A stretch of 64,000 bases of DNA from NCBI GenBank assembly GCA_963816355.1, contig CAWFKH010000001.1, positions 256,001-320,000 on the forward strand. Direction: 5' to 3'. Source of the DNA: an uncultured Gemmatimonadales bacterium (GTDB taxonomy: Bacteria > Gemmatimonadota > Gemmatimonadetes > Longimicrobiales > RSA9). A program made the translations under genes and the position numbers. How positions within the stretch are numbered: position 1 is the stretch's first letter; each line of letters opens with the position of its first letter. The notes beneath the pieces are model-generated. The model searched no databases and was not told the DNA's origin. It saw only the letters and a list, made by a program, of their open reading frames with translations. This document shows, piece after piece, positions 48,141 through 62,294 of the stretch.

Positions 48141-49046
48141 ATGCGGGAGAAGAAGTTGCGACCCGAGTCGAAGCGACGCTGGAACGTCTTGCTGACCGTG
48201 GCGGTCATCACCGTCGTGGCCCTGACGTGGCGTTCCGGTCTGCTGCACCGCCTCACGGACGACGGCGCGGCGGACGCGGCCGACGCGGCGGCGGCCACGC
48301 TGGCGCCGCCCACGGTGGACGCGGGCGCGCCGCAGCGCGTCGCGATGAGCGCGCCGACGGCGGTCGCGGCGGTGGCGGATCCGGCGCCGGCGGCGGCCGC
48401 GAGCGCGGCGGCGGCCGCGAGCGCGGCGGCGGAAGGGGACGGCGGAGGCGTCATCGTCGTCTCCCTCGAGCGTCGCCGGCTGTGGTACATCCGCTCGGGC
48501 GACACGCTGGTGTCGACTCCGGTCGCGATCGGCAAGGGGACGTCGTTCGCGTACGAAGGCCGGATCTATCACTTCGAGACGCCGCGGGGTCATCTGAAGG
48601 TGCTGTCGAAGTCGTCGGACCCGCTGTGGACGCCGCCGAACTGGCACTACTACGAGAAGGCGCTGGACCGGGGCCTGGACGTGGTGGAGCTGAAGCCGAA
48701 CGACCACGTCGACCTGCAGGACGGCAGCGCGATCGAGGTTCGCGACAAGGTCGTGGGCCGCGTCAACCGGCGCGGCCAGTGGTGGCCGTGGACGCCCGGC
48801 ATGGAGATCATCTTCGACGGCAAGATCTTCATTCCGCCGATCGGCTCGCCGCAGCGGCGGGTGCCGGACGCCCTGGGGCCCTTCAAGCTGGGTCTGGGCG
48901 ATGGCTACTACATCCACGGTACGAACCCGTACAGCGAGGAGTCCGTGGGCGAGGCGGTGAGTCACGGCTGCATCCGCGTGAGCAACGAAGTGCTGCACCG
49001 GCTCTACCGGCTCGTCCGGGTCGGCACTCCGGTCGACATCCGCTGA
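48141..49046 (+). CDS. L,D-transpeptidase family protein
   Basis: N-terminal TM; TP.G, IHGT, SHGCIR. Confidence 0.9.
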   Translation: MREKKLRPESKRRWNVLLTVAVITVVALTWRSGLLHRLTDDGAADAADAAAATLAPPTVDAGAPQRVAMSAPTAVAAVADPAPAAAASAAAAASAAAEGDGGGVIVVSLERRRLWYIRSGDTLVSTPVAIGKGTSFAYEGRIYHFETPRGHLKVLSKSSDPLWTPPNWHYYEKALDRGLDVVELKPNDHVDLQDGSAIEVRDKVVGRVNRRGQWWPWTPGMEIIFDGKIFIPPIGSPQRRVPDALGPFKLGLGDGYYIHGTNPYSEESVGEAVSHGCIRVSNEVLHRLYRLVRVGTPVDIR

Positions 49047-49147
49047 CCTTCCGAAGGCGCGGGATCCTTCGCGATCCGCCGGGCCGCAGGATCCCGCCCG
49101 CTCCATGATGCCCGCACGAGGGGCGCCCGGCGAAAAGGAGCGAGCGC

Positions 49148-50032
49148 ATGCCCGAGCGACAGCTTCAGCCGCCGCCGATCGATGGGCGCGGCTACGCGCA
49201 TCCGGAGGTCCTGGTTTCGACGCAGTGGGTGGCGGATCACCTCGACGACCCGGGCGTCCGCGTGATCGAGGTCGACGAGGACGTGCTGCTATACGAGGTA
49301 GGGCACATCCCGGGCGCGGTGAAGATCGACTGGGTGGCCGACCTGAACGATCCGCTGACCCGCGACTACATCGACGGGGCGCGCCTCGAGCGGGTGCTGC
49401 GCGACCGCGGCGTCGGGCGGGACACGACGGTCGTGCTGTACGGCGACAAGAACAACTGGTGGGCGACGTACGCGTTCTGGGTGCTGCGGCTGTTCGGCCT
49501 CGATCGGCTCCGCATCATGGATGGCGGCCGCGCGCTCTGGGAGCAGGAAGGCCGCCCGTTCTCTTCCGACGTGCCTCGCCATGCGGCGGGCGACATCGTC
49601 GTGGGCGAGCGTGACGACGCGCCGATCCGCGCCTTCCGTCGGGACGTGATGGAGCACGTGAGCGGCGACGGCGACCTGATCGACGTCCGCAGCCCCGAGG
49701 AATACCGAGGCGAGCGGATGCACATGCCGGACTACCCGAACGAGGGGGCGCTGCGCGGCGGCCACGTCCCCGGGGCGAAGAACGTGCCCTGGTCGCGCGC
49801 CGTCGATCCGTCCACGCACACGTTCCTGCCCGCCGACGCGCTGAACGCGATCTACCGCGACGAATGCGGCCTCTCGCCGGAGGATCCGGTGATCACCTAC
49901 TGCCGCATCGGCGAGCGCTCGTCGCACACGTGGTTCGTGCTGACGTACCTGCTCGGGCACGAGCGGGTGCGCAACTACGACGGGTCGTGGACGGAGTGGG
50001 GCAACCTGGTGCGCGCGCCGATCGAGCGCTGA
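49148..50032 (+). CDS. Tandem-domain rhodanese/sulfurtransferase
   Basis: [25 protein letters not shown]. Confidence 0.93.
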   Translation: MPERQLQPPPIDGRGYAHPEVLVSTQWVADHLDDPGVRVIEVDEDVLLYEVGHIPGAVKIDWVADLNDPLTRDYIDGARLERVLRDRGVGRDTTVVLYGDKNNWWATYAFWVLRLFGLDRLRIMDGGRALWEQEGRPFSSDVPRHAAGDIVVGERDDAPIRAFRRDVMEHVSGDGDLIDVRSPEEYRGERMHMPDYPNEGALRGGHVPGAKNVPWSRAVDPSTHTFLPADALNAIYRDECGLSPEDPVITYCRIGERSSHTWFVLTYLLGHERVRNYDGSWTEWGNLVRAPIER

Positions 50033-50041
50033 GGAGGCGCC

Positions 50042-50581
50042 TTGGACCGCCAGACCCGCATCGCGCTGCTCACGGACCATTTCGCGCACCCGCGCCACAA
50101 GGGGCGGCTCGAAGACGCCGATGTGAGCATGCCCGGCGGCAACCCGGGGTGCGGCGACGTCGTCACGATGCACCTGAGGGTCGGGGCCGGCGCGGACCGC
50201 ATCGAGGAGGTCGCCTTCGAGGGCGAGGGGTGCACGATCAGCCAGGCCGCGGCGTCGATCCTCGCCCAGCGCATCAACCGGCGGAAGCCCACCTTCGAGG
50301 AGGTCGCGGCGCTCTCCTACGAGGAGATGATCGACCTGCTCGGGCGCGACATCGTCGGCTCGCGGCCACGCTGCGCCACGCTGGCGCTCGGCACGCTGAA
50401 AGCGGCGGTCCGCAGGCTGGAGACGGACCGCAAGCTGCGCGCGGCCGGGAAGTCGGACGCCGAGATCGCCGAGCTGCGACGCGCGCTGGAGCGGCAGGCT
50501 TCGGGCGAGCTGGTCTTCGGAGAGCCCGCGAAGGCCGCGGCGCGGGGCGCCGCGACGGAGAGCGGCGGGGCGTCGGACTAG
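50042..50581 (+). CDS. Second NifU/SufU-like scaffold protein with C-terminal extension
   Basis: NPGCGD, GEGCTISQA, RPRCA. Confidence 0.85.
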   Translation: MDRQTRIALLTDHFAHPRHKGRLEDADVSMPGGNPGCGDVVTMHLRVGAGADRIEEVAFEGEGCTISQAAASILAQRINRRKPTFEEVAALSYEEMIDLLGRDIVGSRPRCATLALGTLKAAVRRLETDRKLRAAGKSDAEIAELRRALERQASGELVFGEPAKAAARGAATESGGASD

Positions 50582-50583
50582 CG

Positions 50584-50638
50584 GCAGGTCGGCCGCTGGT
50601 CGGTCGGAGGTCGGCCGCAGGTCAGCGGCGGGTCGCCC
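50584..50638. repeat. 5 x 11-bp degenerate tandem repeat with invariant GGTC core
   Basis: gcaggtcggcc gctggtcggtc ggaggtcggcc gcaggtcagcg gcgggtcgccc. Confidence 0.65.
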
Positions 50639-50641
50639 GCT

Positions 50642-51267
50642 CTACGGCGCGGCGCGCTCCACGCTCGCCCGGATGCGCGCCACCAGCATGTCGATGGCGA
50701 CGCGGTTGTGGCCGCCGCCCGGAACGATGATGTCCGCCCAGCGCTTGCTCGGCTCGACGAACTCGAGGTGCATCGGCCGCACGGTCCGCGTGTACTGGTC
50801 GAGCACCGACTCCACGCTGCGCCCCCTTTCCTGGACGTCCCGCTGCAGGCGGCGGATCAGCCGCACATCGGCGTCCGCGTCGACGAACACCTTGATGTCG
50901 AGCAGGTCGCGGAGGTCGCGATCGACGAGGATGAGGATGCCGTCGACGATGACGACGCGGCGCGGCTCGACGTGGCGCGTCTCGGCGGTGCGCGAGGAGG
51001 TGGTGAAGTCGTAGACGGGGACGTGGACGGCTCGACCGTCCTTCAGGCTGCGCACGTGCTCGACGAGGAGCGGCGTCTCGAGCGCGTCGGGGTGGTCGTA
51101 GTTCTTGCGTCGCGGCGCGCCGCCGGGCACCGCGCCCATGTCCTTGTAGTAGGAGTCGTGGTGGACGAGGGCGACGACGCCGTCGCCGATGCCGCGCGTC
51201 ATCTCGCGGACGACGGTGGTCTTGCCGGAGCCGGAGCCGCCCGCGACGCCGATGACGAGGGGGCGGC

Positions 51268-51271
<4 letters not shown>
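50642..51271 (-). CDS. udk: Uridine kinase
   Basis: GVAGGSGSGKTT, DSYY, NYDHP, RR..RD..ERGR, FVEPSK. Confidence 0.93.
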
Positions 51272-52470
<1,199 letters not shown>

Positions 52471-52653
52471 GGGCGAGCTCCTTCGGCGCTGCGATCGGTC
52501 TGAGGATCGGACGATCCGTCGAAGGATAATGCGCAACCGGCGGTCCCGGCACAACGGCGCGCGGACGGTCGCCTTGCACCGCCCGACGGCGCCGATCAGA
52601 TTACGCGCCGCGTCGCGGGGGAGCGCGCGAGGCGTGGACGAGGAAGGCGGACA

Positions 52654-52938
52654 ATGGGCAGCTACGAGCGGAACACGGTGGTGCCGGCGGGCGTCGCGTT
52701 GCGCATGGCGGAGGAGTTCCTGTCGGCGCGCATACCGGTGGAGCAGGTGGCGTCGGACCGCCACTCCGTGACGATCCGCGGCGAGGACGGGACGGCGGTG
52801 ATCTCGGCGCACCGTCACGGGATGGACACGGTCGTGAGCGTGCGGACGGACCAGGTGCGAACGTCGCGGATCGACGTCGAGGTGCAGCACTACCTGAACC
52901 AGCTTCCCTACCAGCCGGGCGACGTCCCCAGACTGTGA
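52654..52938 (+). CDS. Small hypothetical protein
   Basis: 94-aa coding-like ORF with SD GAGGAAGG. Confidence 0.6.
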   Translation: MGSYERNTVVPAGVALRMAEEFLSARIPVEQVASDRHSVTIRGEDGTAVISAHRHGMDTVVSVRTDQVRTSRIDVEVQHYLNQLPYQPGDVPRL

Positions 52939-52964
52939 CGCGCCACCGCGGCGGAACGGATTTC

Positions 52965-54560
52965 ATGGCCGATACATTCGCAGCACTCGGGCTCCGCGAC
53001 GAACTCGCGGCGGCCGCCGCATCCGCCGGATACGCGCGGCCGAGCCCGATCCAGGCGGACGCGATCCCCGTCCTGCGGCGCGGCGGGAACGCCGTCCTCA
53101 ACGCGAGCGCCGGCGCCGGGCTGACCGCGGCGTACGCGCTGCCGCTGCTCGATCGCCTCGCGGAAGCGCCCGCCGGCGACGCGCCGCGGGCGCTGCTCCT
53201 GTACGCGACGCCGGAGCTCGCGGGCGCCGCGGCGCGCGCGATCGCCCCGTTCGCTGCGGCGGTGGGCGTCCGCGTCGCCGCGCTCGCCGCGGACTGGCCG
53301 CAGCCGGCCGCCGCCGACATCGTCACGACGACGCCTGCGCGTGCGCGCGCGGGGCTGCACGATTCCGCCCTGAAGCTCGGCGGCCTGCTGGCGGTCGTCT
53401 TCGTCGGCCTCGACGCCATGCTGGCGTTGGGCGAGGCGGAAGCGCTGGAGGCGGTCGCCGCCGCGCTGCCACGGGAGGCCCAGCGCGTCATGACCGCGGG
53501 CCGCGACGAGGCGATCGCCGACTTCGTCGAGCGGCACGCACGGCGCGCGGTGCGCTTCCCCTCCCGCCCGGCGGACGAGGCGCTCGCTCCGCGGCAGCCC
53601 TCGCCGGCCGGAGTGCCGCTGGCGTACACCGCCGTCGCAGCCGGGGAAAGGGCGGCGGCGATCGCGCGCATTCTGGTCGCCGGCGGCGCCGCCGCGGCGC
53701 GGGTGCACTGCCGCACGCGGCCCGAGGCGGAGCGGCTCGCCGGGGAGCTGGCGCTCCGCGGCCTCTCCGCCACGCTGGAGGAGGGCGAGGGCAGCGCGAT
53801 CCGTGCGGGCGGCGAGGAGGAGACGGAGGAAGCGGTGCGCGTGATCAGCGCGTCGCCGCCGTTCGACGCCGAGGAGCTGCGGCGCCGCCACGGGAGCGAG
53901 GGCGGACGCGTGCTGCTGGATGCGCGGGAGCTGGCGCACCTGCGGCGCGTCGCGGCCGCCGCCGGCGTGGGATTGACGCCGGCGCCGCTGGCGGCGGAGG
54001 AGGAGGGGGCGGCGGGGCTGCAGGCGTTTCGCGACGCGGTGCGCCGGGCGCTCGCGGAGGAAGACGTCGCCGCGCAGCTCCTCGTCCTGGCGCCCCTGTT
54101 CGAGCAGGCGGGAGCGGAGGAGGTGGCGGGCGCGCTGTCCGCGCTCCTGCGCCGCCGTCACGCAGCGCAGCCGGCGGCGGCGGCGCAGGCGCCGGCGGAA
54201 GGACAGACGGTCGCGCCGCGGCCGCCTCCGGCCCTGACGCGCCTCTTCGTGAGCCTGGGGGAGCGGGACCGCGTCGGTCCGGGCGACCTCGTCGGCAGCA
54301 TCACGGGCGAGGCGCAGGTGCGCGGAGACCAGGTGGGCAGGATCGAGATCCGCGACAACTTCTCGATCGTGGAGGTGGAAAGCGGCATTGCGGACCGCGT
54401 CATACGCGCCATGAACGGCACGACGATCCGGGGACGCAGCGTTCGCGTCGATTACGACCGGCGCGGCGCCGCGCAGGGTGCGCGGCCGGCGCGCCGGCAG
54501 GCGCCGCGGGGCGGGCCGCGGCGGCGTCCGCCGCGCCCCGGCGGGCGCGACGAGGGTTGA
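52965..54560 (+). CDS. Degenerate DEAD-box helicase-like protein with C-terminal DbpA RNA-binding domain
   Basis: Q motif PSPIQ..AIP kept; motif I ASAGAGLT and motif II VGLDAM degenerate; RLFVSLG..D...PGDLVG.I..E domain. Confidence 0.75.
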   Translation: MADTFAALGLRDELAAAAASAGYARPSPIQADAIPVLRRGGNAVLNASAGAGLTAAYALPLLDRLAEAPAGDAPRALLLYATPELAGAAARAIAPFAAAVGVRVAALAADWPQPAAADIVTTTPARARAGLHDSALKLGGLLAVVFVGLDAMLALGEAEALEAVAAALPREAQRVMTAGRDEAIADFVERHARRAVRFPSRPADEALAPRQPSPAGVPLAYTAVAAGERAAAIARILVAGGAAAARVHCRTRPEAERLAGELALRGLSATLEEGEGSAIRAGGEEETEEAVRVISASPPFDAEELRRRHGSEGGRVLLDARELAHLRRVAAAAGVGLTPAPLAAEEEGAAGLQAFRDAVRRALAEEDVAAQLLVLAPLFEQAGAEEVAGALSALLRRRHAAQPAAAAQAPAEGQTVAPRPPPALTRLFVSLGERDRVGPGDLVGSITGEAQVRGDQVGRIEIRDNFSIVEVESGIADRVIRAMNGTTIRGRSVRVDYDRRGAAQGARPARRQAPRGGPRRRPPRPGGRDEG

Positions 54561-54576
54561 GCGGGCGGCACAAGAA

Positions 54577-54612
54577 GAGCGAGCCGCGCCCCGTCCCGGG
54601 CGCGGCTCGCTC
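54577..54612 (-). terminator. Intrinsic terminator (hup / convergent pair)
   Basis: 15-bp stem GAGCGAGCCGCGCCC/GGGCGCGGCTCGCTC followed by TTCTT on the minus strand. Confidence 0.7.
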
Positions 54613-54634
54613 GATGGTCGAACGTACGAGGAGC

Positions 54635-54919
54635 CTACTTCACCGAGTCCTTCAGGCCCTTACCGGCGCGGAAGGTGGGGCTGCTCGAAGCCGGGATGCG
54701 GATCTCCTTGCCGGTGCGCGGGTTGCGGCCCATGCGCGCCTTGCGCTTGCGCGTCTCGAAGGTGCCGAATCCCGTGATCTGAACGCGGTCGCCCTTCTTG
54801 AGGGCCGAGGAGATGATCCCCTTGTTGGCCCCGAAAAGCGCGTCGACGGCGTTCTGCGCGTCGACCTTCTTGAGGCCTGCGTTGTCGGCCAGCTTCTGAA
54901 CCAGCTCCGACTTGTTCAT
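54635..54919 (-). CDS. hup: DNA-binding protein HU
   Basis: MNKSEL, GFGTF, R.GRNP.TG, P.FRAGK.LK. Confidence 0.95.
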   Translation of the reverse strand: MNKSELVQKLADNAGLKKVDAQNAVDALFGANKGIISSALKKGDRVQITGFGTFETRKRKARMGRNPRTGKEIRIPASSSPTFRAGKGLKDSVK

Positions 54920-55084
54920 CGCGTGCTCCTCGCCGAGGTGGATGGTGATCTGCCAGATCCGGTGGTGGTGGGCGGGGGCCGACCCTTGCGCCTGCCGGCC
55001 GACGGCAGGCAACTTTGTCGCCCGCCGCAGGCGCTCTCTTCGGGTCGTCAGGCCGGTTCTCGCCGGTACCGGACAACGCTCACC

Positions 55085-55113
55085 ACACTAGAGCGCATGG
55101 GGAATCGCGTCAA
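55085..55113 (-). promoter_or_regulatory. Sigma70-type hup promoter
   Basis: TTGACG-N17-TAGTGT. Confidence 0.55.
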
Positions 55114-55210
55114 GAGAGTCGTCGCGCGGGCGCCGCGTCGTTCCGCCATCTTCTCGCCCTCGGCGCGCGGCGCTGGCGGGGGCAGCCCGGCGACGCCCGG
55201 AGCGTAGCCA

Positions 55211-56605
<1,395 letters not shown>

Positions 56606-56729
56606 CAACAGCACGCGGCCGCCGTTAGATTCGGCGATCCGCCTCCGGCAGGTCTTCAGCGAGCTGCCGGCCGTTCCGCCCCGCCGGCAGCGCGGGCGCG
56701 GTCGAACGTCCCCCGATCCCCGGACGCTC

Positions 56730-58487
<1,758 letters not shown>

Positions 58488-58513
58488 TAGTCGAGTGAAT
58501 GGAAGGAGGACCA

Positions 58514-58807
58514 ATGCTCGCCAACGACCAGATCAAGGACCTGGCCAGGCGCCTCGCGGACGAGGCGGACGAACGCACGCACCACGCCGGCGACGCCGAC
58601 CGCGGCGAGCTGTGGGAGGCGGTCCGCCACGCGTGCAACATGGTGGCCGCGATCGCGGAGCTGGAACGCGACGGCGAGGCGCTGGAGCGCGAGGATCAGG
58701 GCAGGCGGGCACGTTACGCGGTGAGCGAGCTCGAGACGGCGCTGGAGTCGGCGCGGCGCGCTCGGCGCGGTTTCTCCTGGCGCTCGTCGCTGCCGCGCGC
58801 CGACTGA
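58514..58807 (+). CDS. Small helical hypothetical protein
   Basis: Strong SD (GGAAGGAGG) before ATG 58514. Confidence 0.6.
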   Translation: MLANDQIKDLARRLADEADERTHHAGDADRGELWEAVRHACNMVAAIAELERDGEALEREDQGRRARYAVSELETALESARRARRGFSWRSSLPRAD

Positions 58808-58844
58808 AGCGGGGGCGGGGGCCGCCGCGTCCGCTGCCGGCGCG

Positions 58845-59489
58845 CTAGCGGATCTTCCGCTTCAGCTCCTCGAGGCGGCGCTCCGCATCGCGCTCGCGCG
58901 CCTCCCGCTCCATGCGACGGAAGAGCGCGTCGCGCTCGTCGTCGAAGAGCGAGCCGCCCGCGCGGCCACCGGGAGCGGTTCCAGCGTTCCGGTCCTCCGC
59001 GCGGTCGCGGTCCCCGCCCGCCGCCGCGCCTACACCGGACGGGCCGTCGGCGCTGGCGCCCAGCTCGTCGGTCTCCTCGCCCGCGCCGACGCTCGCGCGC
59101 GCGGCAGCCAGCGCGCCGCGCATCTCCTCCAGGTCGCGACGACGCAGCGCGGACTCCGCGTCGAGAGCCTCGACGACGCGGCTCAGCACCTCCACCCGCT
59201 CCGCGTGCTTCGCCGCGAACCGTTCGGCGACTTCGACCGTCTCGTCGTCGCCGATGCCGCGCGCCATCTCCGCGCGCCTGCGGCACGCGGCGAGCTCCTC
59301 GCGCTCGCGGCGCAGTTCGCCGCGTGCGCGGTCGCGCTCGGCCTCGACTCTCCGATGCGAAGCGGCGGCGGCGGCCTGGTCGCGCTCCATCGCGTCGATG
59401 CGAGACCCGTCTCCCTCGGCGGCGCCGCCCAGCTCGCGGTAGAAGTTCGCGACCGCCTCCTGCCACGCATTTCTCAATTCCTCGAACAT
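58845..59489 (-). CDS. Coiled-coil protein, PspA/IM30-like
   Basis: Long coiled coil with A..A...GD..T...A pattern and C-terminal LEELKRK; TAGCTT-7nt-ATG. Confidence 0.6.
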   Translation of the reverse strand: MFEELRNAWQEAVANFYRELGGAAEGDGSRIDAMERDQAAAAASHRRVEAERDRARGELRREREELAACRRRAEMARGIGDDETVEVAERFAAKHAERVEVLSRVVEALDAESALRRRDLEEMRGALAAARASVGAGEETDELGASADGPSGVGAAAGGDRDRAEDRNAGTAPGGRAGGSLFDDERDALFRRMEREARERDAERRLEELKRKIR

Positions 59490-59529
59490 GGGTGCGAAGC
59501 TAACATCCACCCCGGAAAGGGGGTAGCGC

Positions 59530-59546
59530 TCGGCCCGATGCTTGCA
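59530..59546 (+). promoter_or_regulatory. Putative sigma54 promoter of the NTase-phosphoesterase operon
   Basis: TCGGCCCGATGCTTGCA = GG-N10-GC. Confidence 0.5.
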
Positions 59547-59579
59547 CTCAAGGCGCGCATCCCACGGTCCGGAGAACCG

Positions 59580-60533
59580 ATGAAGACGCCCAGGACGAGC
59601 AGCGACAGGAGCGATCGGGTGCGGACCATCCCGGACCCGGACATGGCCGGGCTGTCGCGGGAGGAGCGACGCTCGATCACACACGGCGAATTCTGGATCC
59701 CGGAGGCGGAGCGGTCGGCGTATCGACGCGCGCTGCGCACGCTCAACGCCGCCGGCGTCCCCTTCGTCGTGAGTGGACTGTACGCGATCTACGAGTACAC
59801 GGGGATCTATCGCCAGACGAAGGACCTCGACCTGATGCTCGAGCCGACGTGGGTGGTGCCGGCGGGGAGGGCGCTGCGGGAGAACGGGTTCCGCGTCGAG
59901 CTGTCGCACGCGCACTGGATCGCCAAGGCGTTCCACGGCGGCGCGATGATCGACCTCGTCTACGGCATGGGCAACGGAATCGAGTTCGTGGACCGCGCGT
60001 GGTACGAGCACTCGCGCCCGGCGATCCTCGCCACGACGCCGGTGCGCGTCGCGCCCGCCGAAGAGTTGATCTGGCACCGGCTCTTCATCTCCGAGCGGCA
60101 CCGCTCCGACGTCGCCGACGTCGTCCACCTCTTCCTCACTTGCGGTGAACGGCTCGACTGGCACCGGCTGCTGCGCCGCGCCGCCGACCACTGGCGCCTG
60201 CTGCTCGCCCAGATCCTGCTCTTCGACTACGTCTATCCCTCGCGGCGCGACCGCGTCCCCGCCTGGGTGCGGCGCGAGCTGACCGCGCGCGCCGGTGCCG
60301 CCGTCGACACCGCCGCCGATCCGGAGGCGCCCTTCCGCGGCACCCTCGTGTCACGGTTCTCCTTCGCCATCGACGTCAACGAATGGGGGTTCCGCGACCT
60401 GCGGACCGAGATCGTCGCCGCCGCCCGTTCGCTGCCGATCGTGAATGAGATCCGCGACAGCGACGTGTGGCAGAACGACGACGACGCTTCCCACCCAGCC
60501 GAGCTCGAGGAGGCAAGCCGTGGAGAGCCGTAG
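59580..60533 (+). CDS. Nucleotidyltransferase family protein
   Basis: PF.V.G.YA...YTG..R.TKDLD motif (two Asp), later IDL, D.ADV.HL. Confidence 0.75.
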   Translation: MKTPRTSSDRSDRVRTIPDPDMAGLSREERRSITHGEFWIPEAERSAYRRALRTLNAAGVPFVVSGLYAIYEYTGIYRQTKDLDLMLEPTWVVPAGRALRENGFRVELSHAHWIAKAFHGGAMIDLVYGMGNGIEFVDRAWYEHSRPAILATTPVRVAPAEELIWHRLFISERHRSDVADVVHLFLTCGERLDWHRLLRRAADHWRLLLAQILLFDYVYPSRRDRVPAWVRRELTARAGAAVDTAADPEAPFRGTLVSRFSFAIDVNEWGFRDLRTEIVAAARSLPIVNEIRDSDVWQNDDDASHPAELEEASRGEP

Positions 60534-61335
60534 ACCGATCCGCATCGCCGCCGTCGCCGACATCCATTACAGCGGCGCGAAGGGGTCGCTCATCGACACC
60601 TTCGCGACCGCGTCCAAGGAGGCTGACATCCTCGCGCTGTGCGGCGACCTCACCACTCACGGCACGCCGGAGCAGGCACGCGGCCTCGTCGAGGAGATCG
60701 CCGCCGTCGAGATCCCGATCGTCGCCATCCTCGGCAACCACGACCACGAGGCGGGCGCCGAGCAGGAGGTGAGCCGGATCCTCTGCGACGCCGGCGTCGA
60801 GATGATCGATGGCGGCTACACCGTCATCGAGGGCATCGGCTTCGCGGGCACGAAGGGCTTCGCCGGCGGCTTCGACCGCGGCGCCCTCTCGCCGTTCGGC
60901 GAGCAGGTCATGAAGGACTTCGTGCAGGCAGCGATCGACGAGTCGCTCAAGCTCGAGAACGCGCTGCGCGCCCTCTCCACCGAGATCCGCATCGCACTCC
61001 TCCACTACGCGCCGATCGCCGCCACCGTCGTCGGCGAGCCGGAGCCGATCTATCCCTTCCTCGGTTCTTCCCGCCTCGTCCACCCGATCGACGCGCTCGG
61101 CACGACCGCCGTCTTCCACGGCCACGCGCACCACGGCAGCCGCGAAGGCCGCACGCCGGGCGGCGTGCCGGTCTACAACGTGTCGCAGCCGCTCCTGCGC
61201 AGCCACGGCTCCGACGTGTTCGTCTGGACCGGCGAGGCACCCGACCGCCGCCGCGAGGCTCCGCTCCCCGCGGGCGAGGAGGAGACTCAGCCGTACCGCT
61301 CGAGGAAGCGCACGAGCGCCGCCTCCTCCGGGTAG
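60520..61335 (+). CDS. Metallophosphoesterase (calcineurin-like)
   Basis: ADIH, GDLT, GNHD, LHY.P, HGHAH motifs; overlaps the NTase stop. Confidence 0.9.
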   Translation: MESRRPIRIAAVADIHYSGAKGSLIDTFATASKEADILALCGDLTTHGTPEQARGLVEEIAAVEIPIVAILGNHDHEAGAEQEVSRILCDAGVEMIDGGYTVIEGIGFAGTKGFAGGFDRGALSPFGEQVMKDFVQAAIDESLKLENALRALSTEIRIALLHYAPIAATVVGEPEPIYPFLGSSRLVHPIDALGTTAVFHGHAHHGSREGRTPGGVPVYNVSQPLLRSHGSDVFVWTGEAPDRRREAPLPAGEEETQPYRSRKRTSAASSG

Positions 61336-62294
61336 TATTCCGGCGGCGCTTCCGCCGCCACCGGCCGCGGCGTCCGCCGCATCAGCGACGCGATCGTCCG
61401 GCCCTCCGCCTCGTACTCCTCCAGCACCGCCGGGTGCACGTACGCGCGCCGACAGATCGCCGGCGTGTTGCCCAGCTCCGCCGCCACCAGCTTGCACGTC
61501 AGTACGACGTTGCGGTGCGCGTCCCGCGCGCTCGTCGCGGCACCCATGTCCGCCAGGATCGTCGCCGCCCGCACCGTGCCGCCGAACGTGCGGATGTCCT
61601 TCGACGTGTAACGCTCGCCCAGCAGCGCGCGGAGGTAGGCGTTCACTTCGGCAGCGCGCACCGGCCGCACTCCGCCCGCCTCGCCACGGTACTGGAACAG
61701 CCGCTTTCCCTTCAGCTCGAGCAGCTCCTCGACGATCTCCACCAGCGGCGTCTCCGCCACCACCCGCCGCTGATCCAGCTTCCGCTTCCCCACGTACGTG
61801 AAGATCAGGTCGTTGCCGCAGACCCGCAGGTGCCGCTTCCGCAACGTGCAGATCCCGTACGTCCGGTTCTCCACCGCGTAGCGCTCGCTGCCCACGCGGA
61901 AGAACGCGCGGCTCATCAGCCGCACGACCGTCGCCAGCACCTTCTCGCGCACCAGCCCCGAACGCTGCAGATCCGCGTTCGTCGCCGCCCGAAGCTCCGG
62001 AAGCACGCGCGCGAAATCCAGCACCCGCGCCCACTTCCGTGCCCTGCGCGCCTGCACGTGCTCGTCGCTGTAGATGTACTGTTTCCGCCCCGCTGCGTCC
62101 CTGCCCCACGCCTGCACTTTACGCGAGGCGCTCGGAGCGATGTGCACGTCCTCCCACGCAGGAGGGATCGCCAGGCACGCGATCCGCGCCAGCGCCGTCG
62201 CGGACTTCAGCTCTTCGCCGCCGACCTTCAGGTAGCGGAAACCGCCGTCCTCCGGGATCCGGCGCCACCAGTTGCGTTCATCTCGATCAGCCAT
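61287..62294 (-). CDS. DNA topoisomerase IB (poxvirus-like bacterial type)
   Basis: IPPAW.DV, GRDAAGRKQY, FRVG.E.Y, GK, KD.RT, LGNTPA.CR..YVHP (catalytic Tyr). Confidence 0.93.
   Translation of the reverse strand: MADRDERNWWRRIPEDGGFRYLKVGGEELKSATALARIACLAIPPAWEDVHIAPSASRKVQAWGRDAAGRKQYIYSDEHVQARRARKWARVLDFARVLPELRAATNADLQRSGLVREKVLATVVRLMSRAFFRVGSERYAVENRTYGICTLRKRHLRVCGNDLIFTYVGKRKLDQRRVVAETPLVEIVEELLELKGKRLFQYRGEAGGVRPVRAAEVNAYLRALLGERYTSKDIRTFGGTVRAATILADMGAATSARDAHRNVVLTCKLVAAELGNTPAICRRAYVHPAVLEEYEAEGRTIASLMRRTPRPVAAEAPPEYYPEEAALVRFLERYG

Noticed and set aside
54920..55084. Long hup 5' leader with hairpins as a riboswitch or ncRNA
   Set aside because: No recognisable family motif; stems are expected at this GC content
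59580..61335. NTase as a CBASS/CD-NTase defence system with the patatin as effector
   Set aside because: The patatin is about 24 kb away and looks RssA-like; no Cap2/Cap3 or adjacent effector; NTase motifs do not resemble CD-NTases
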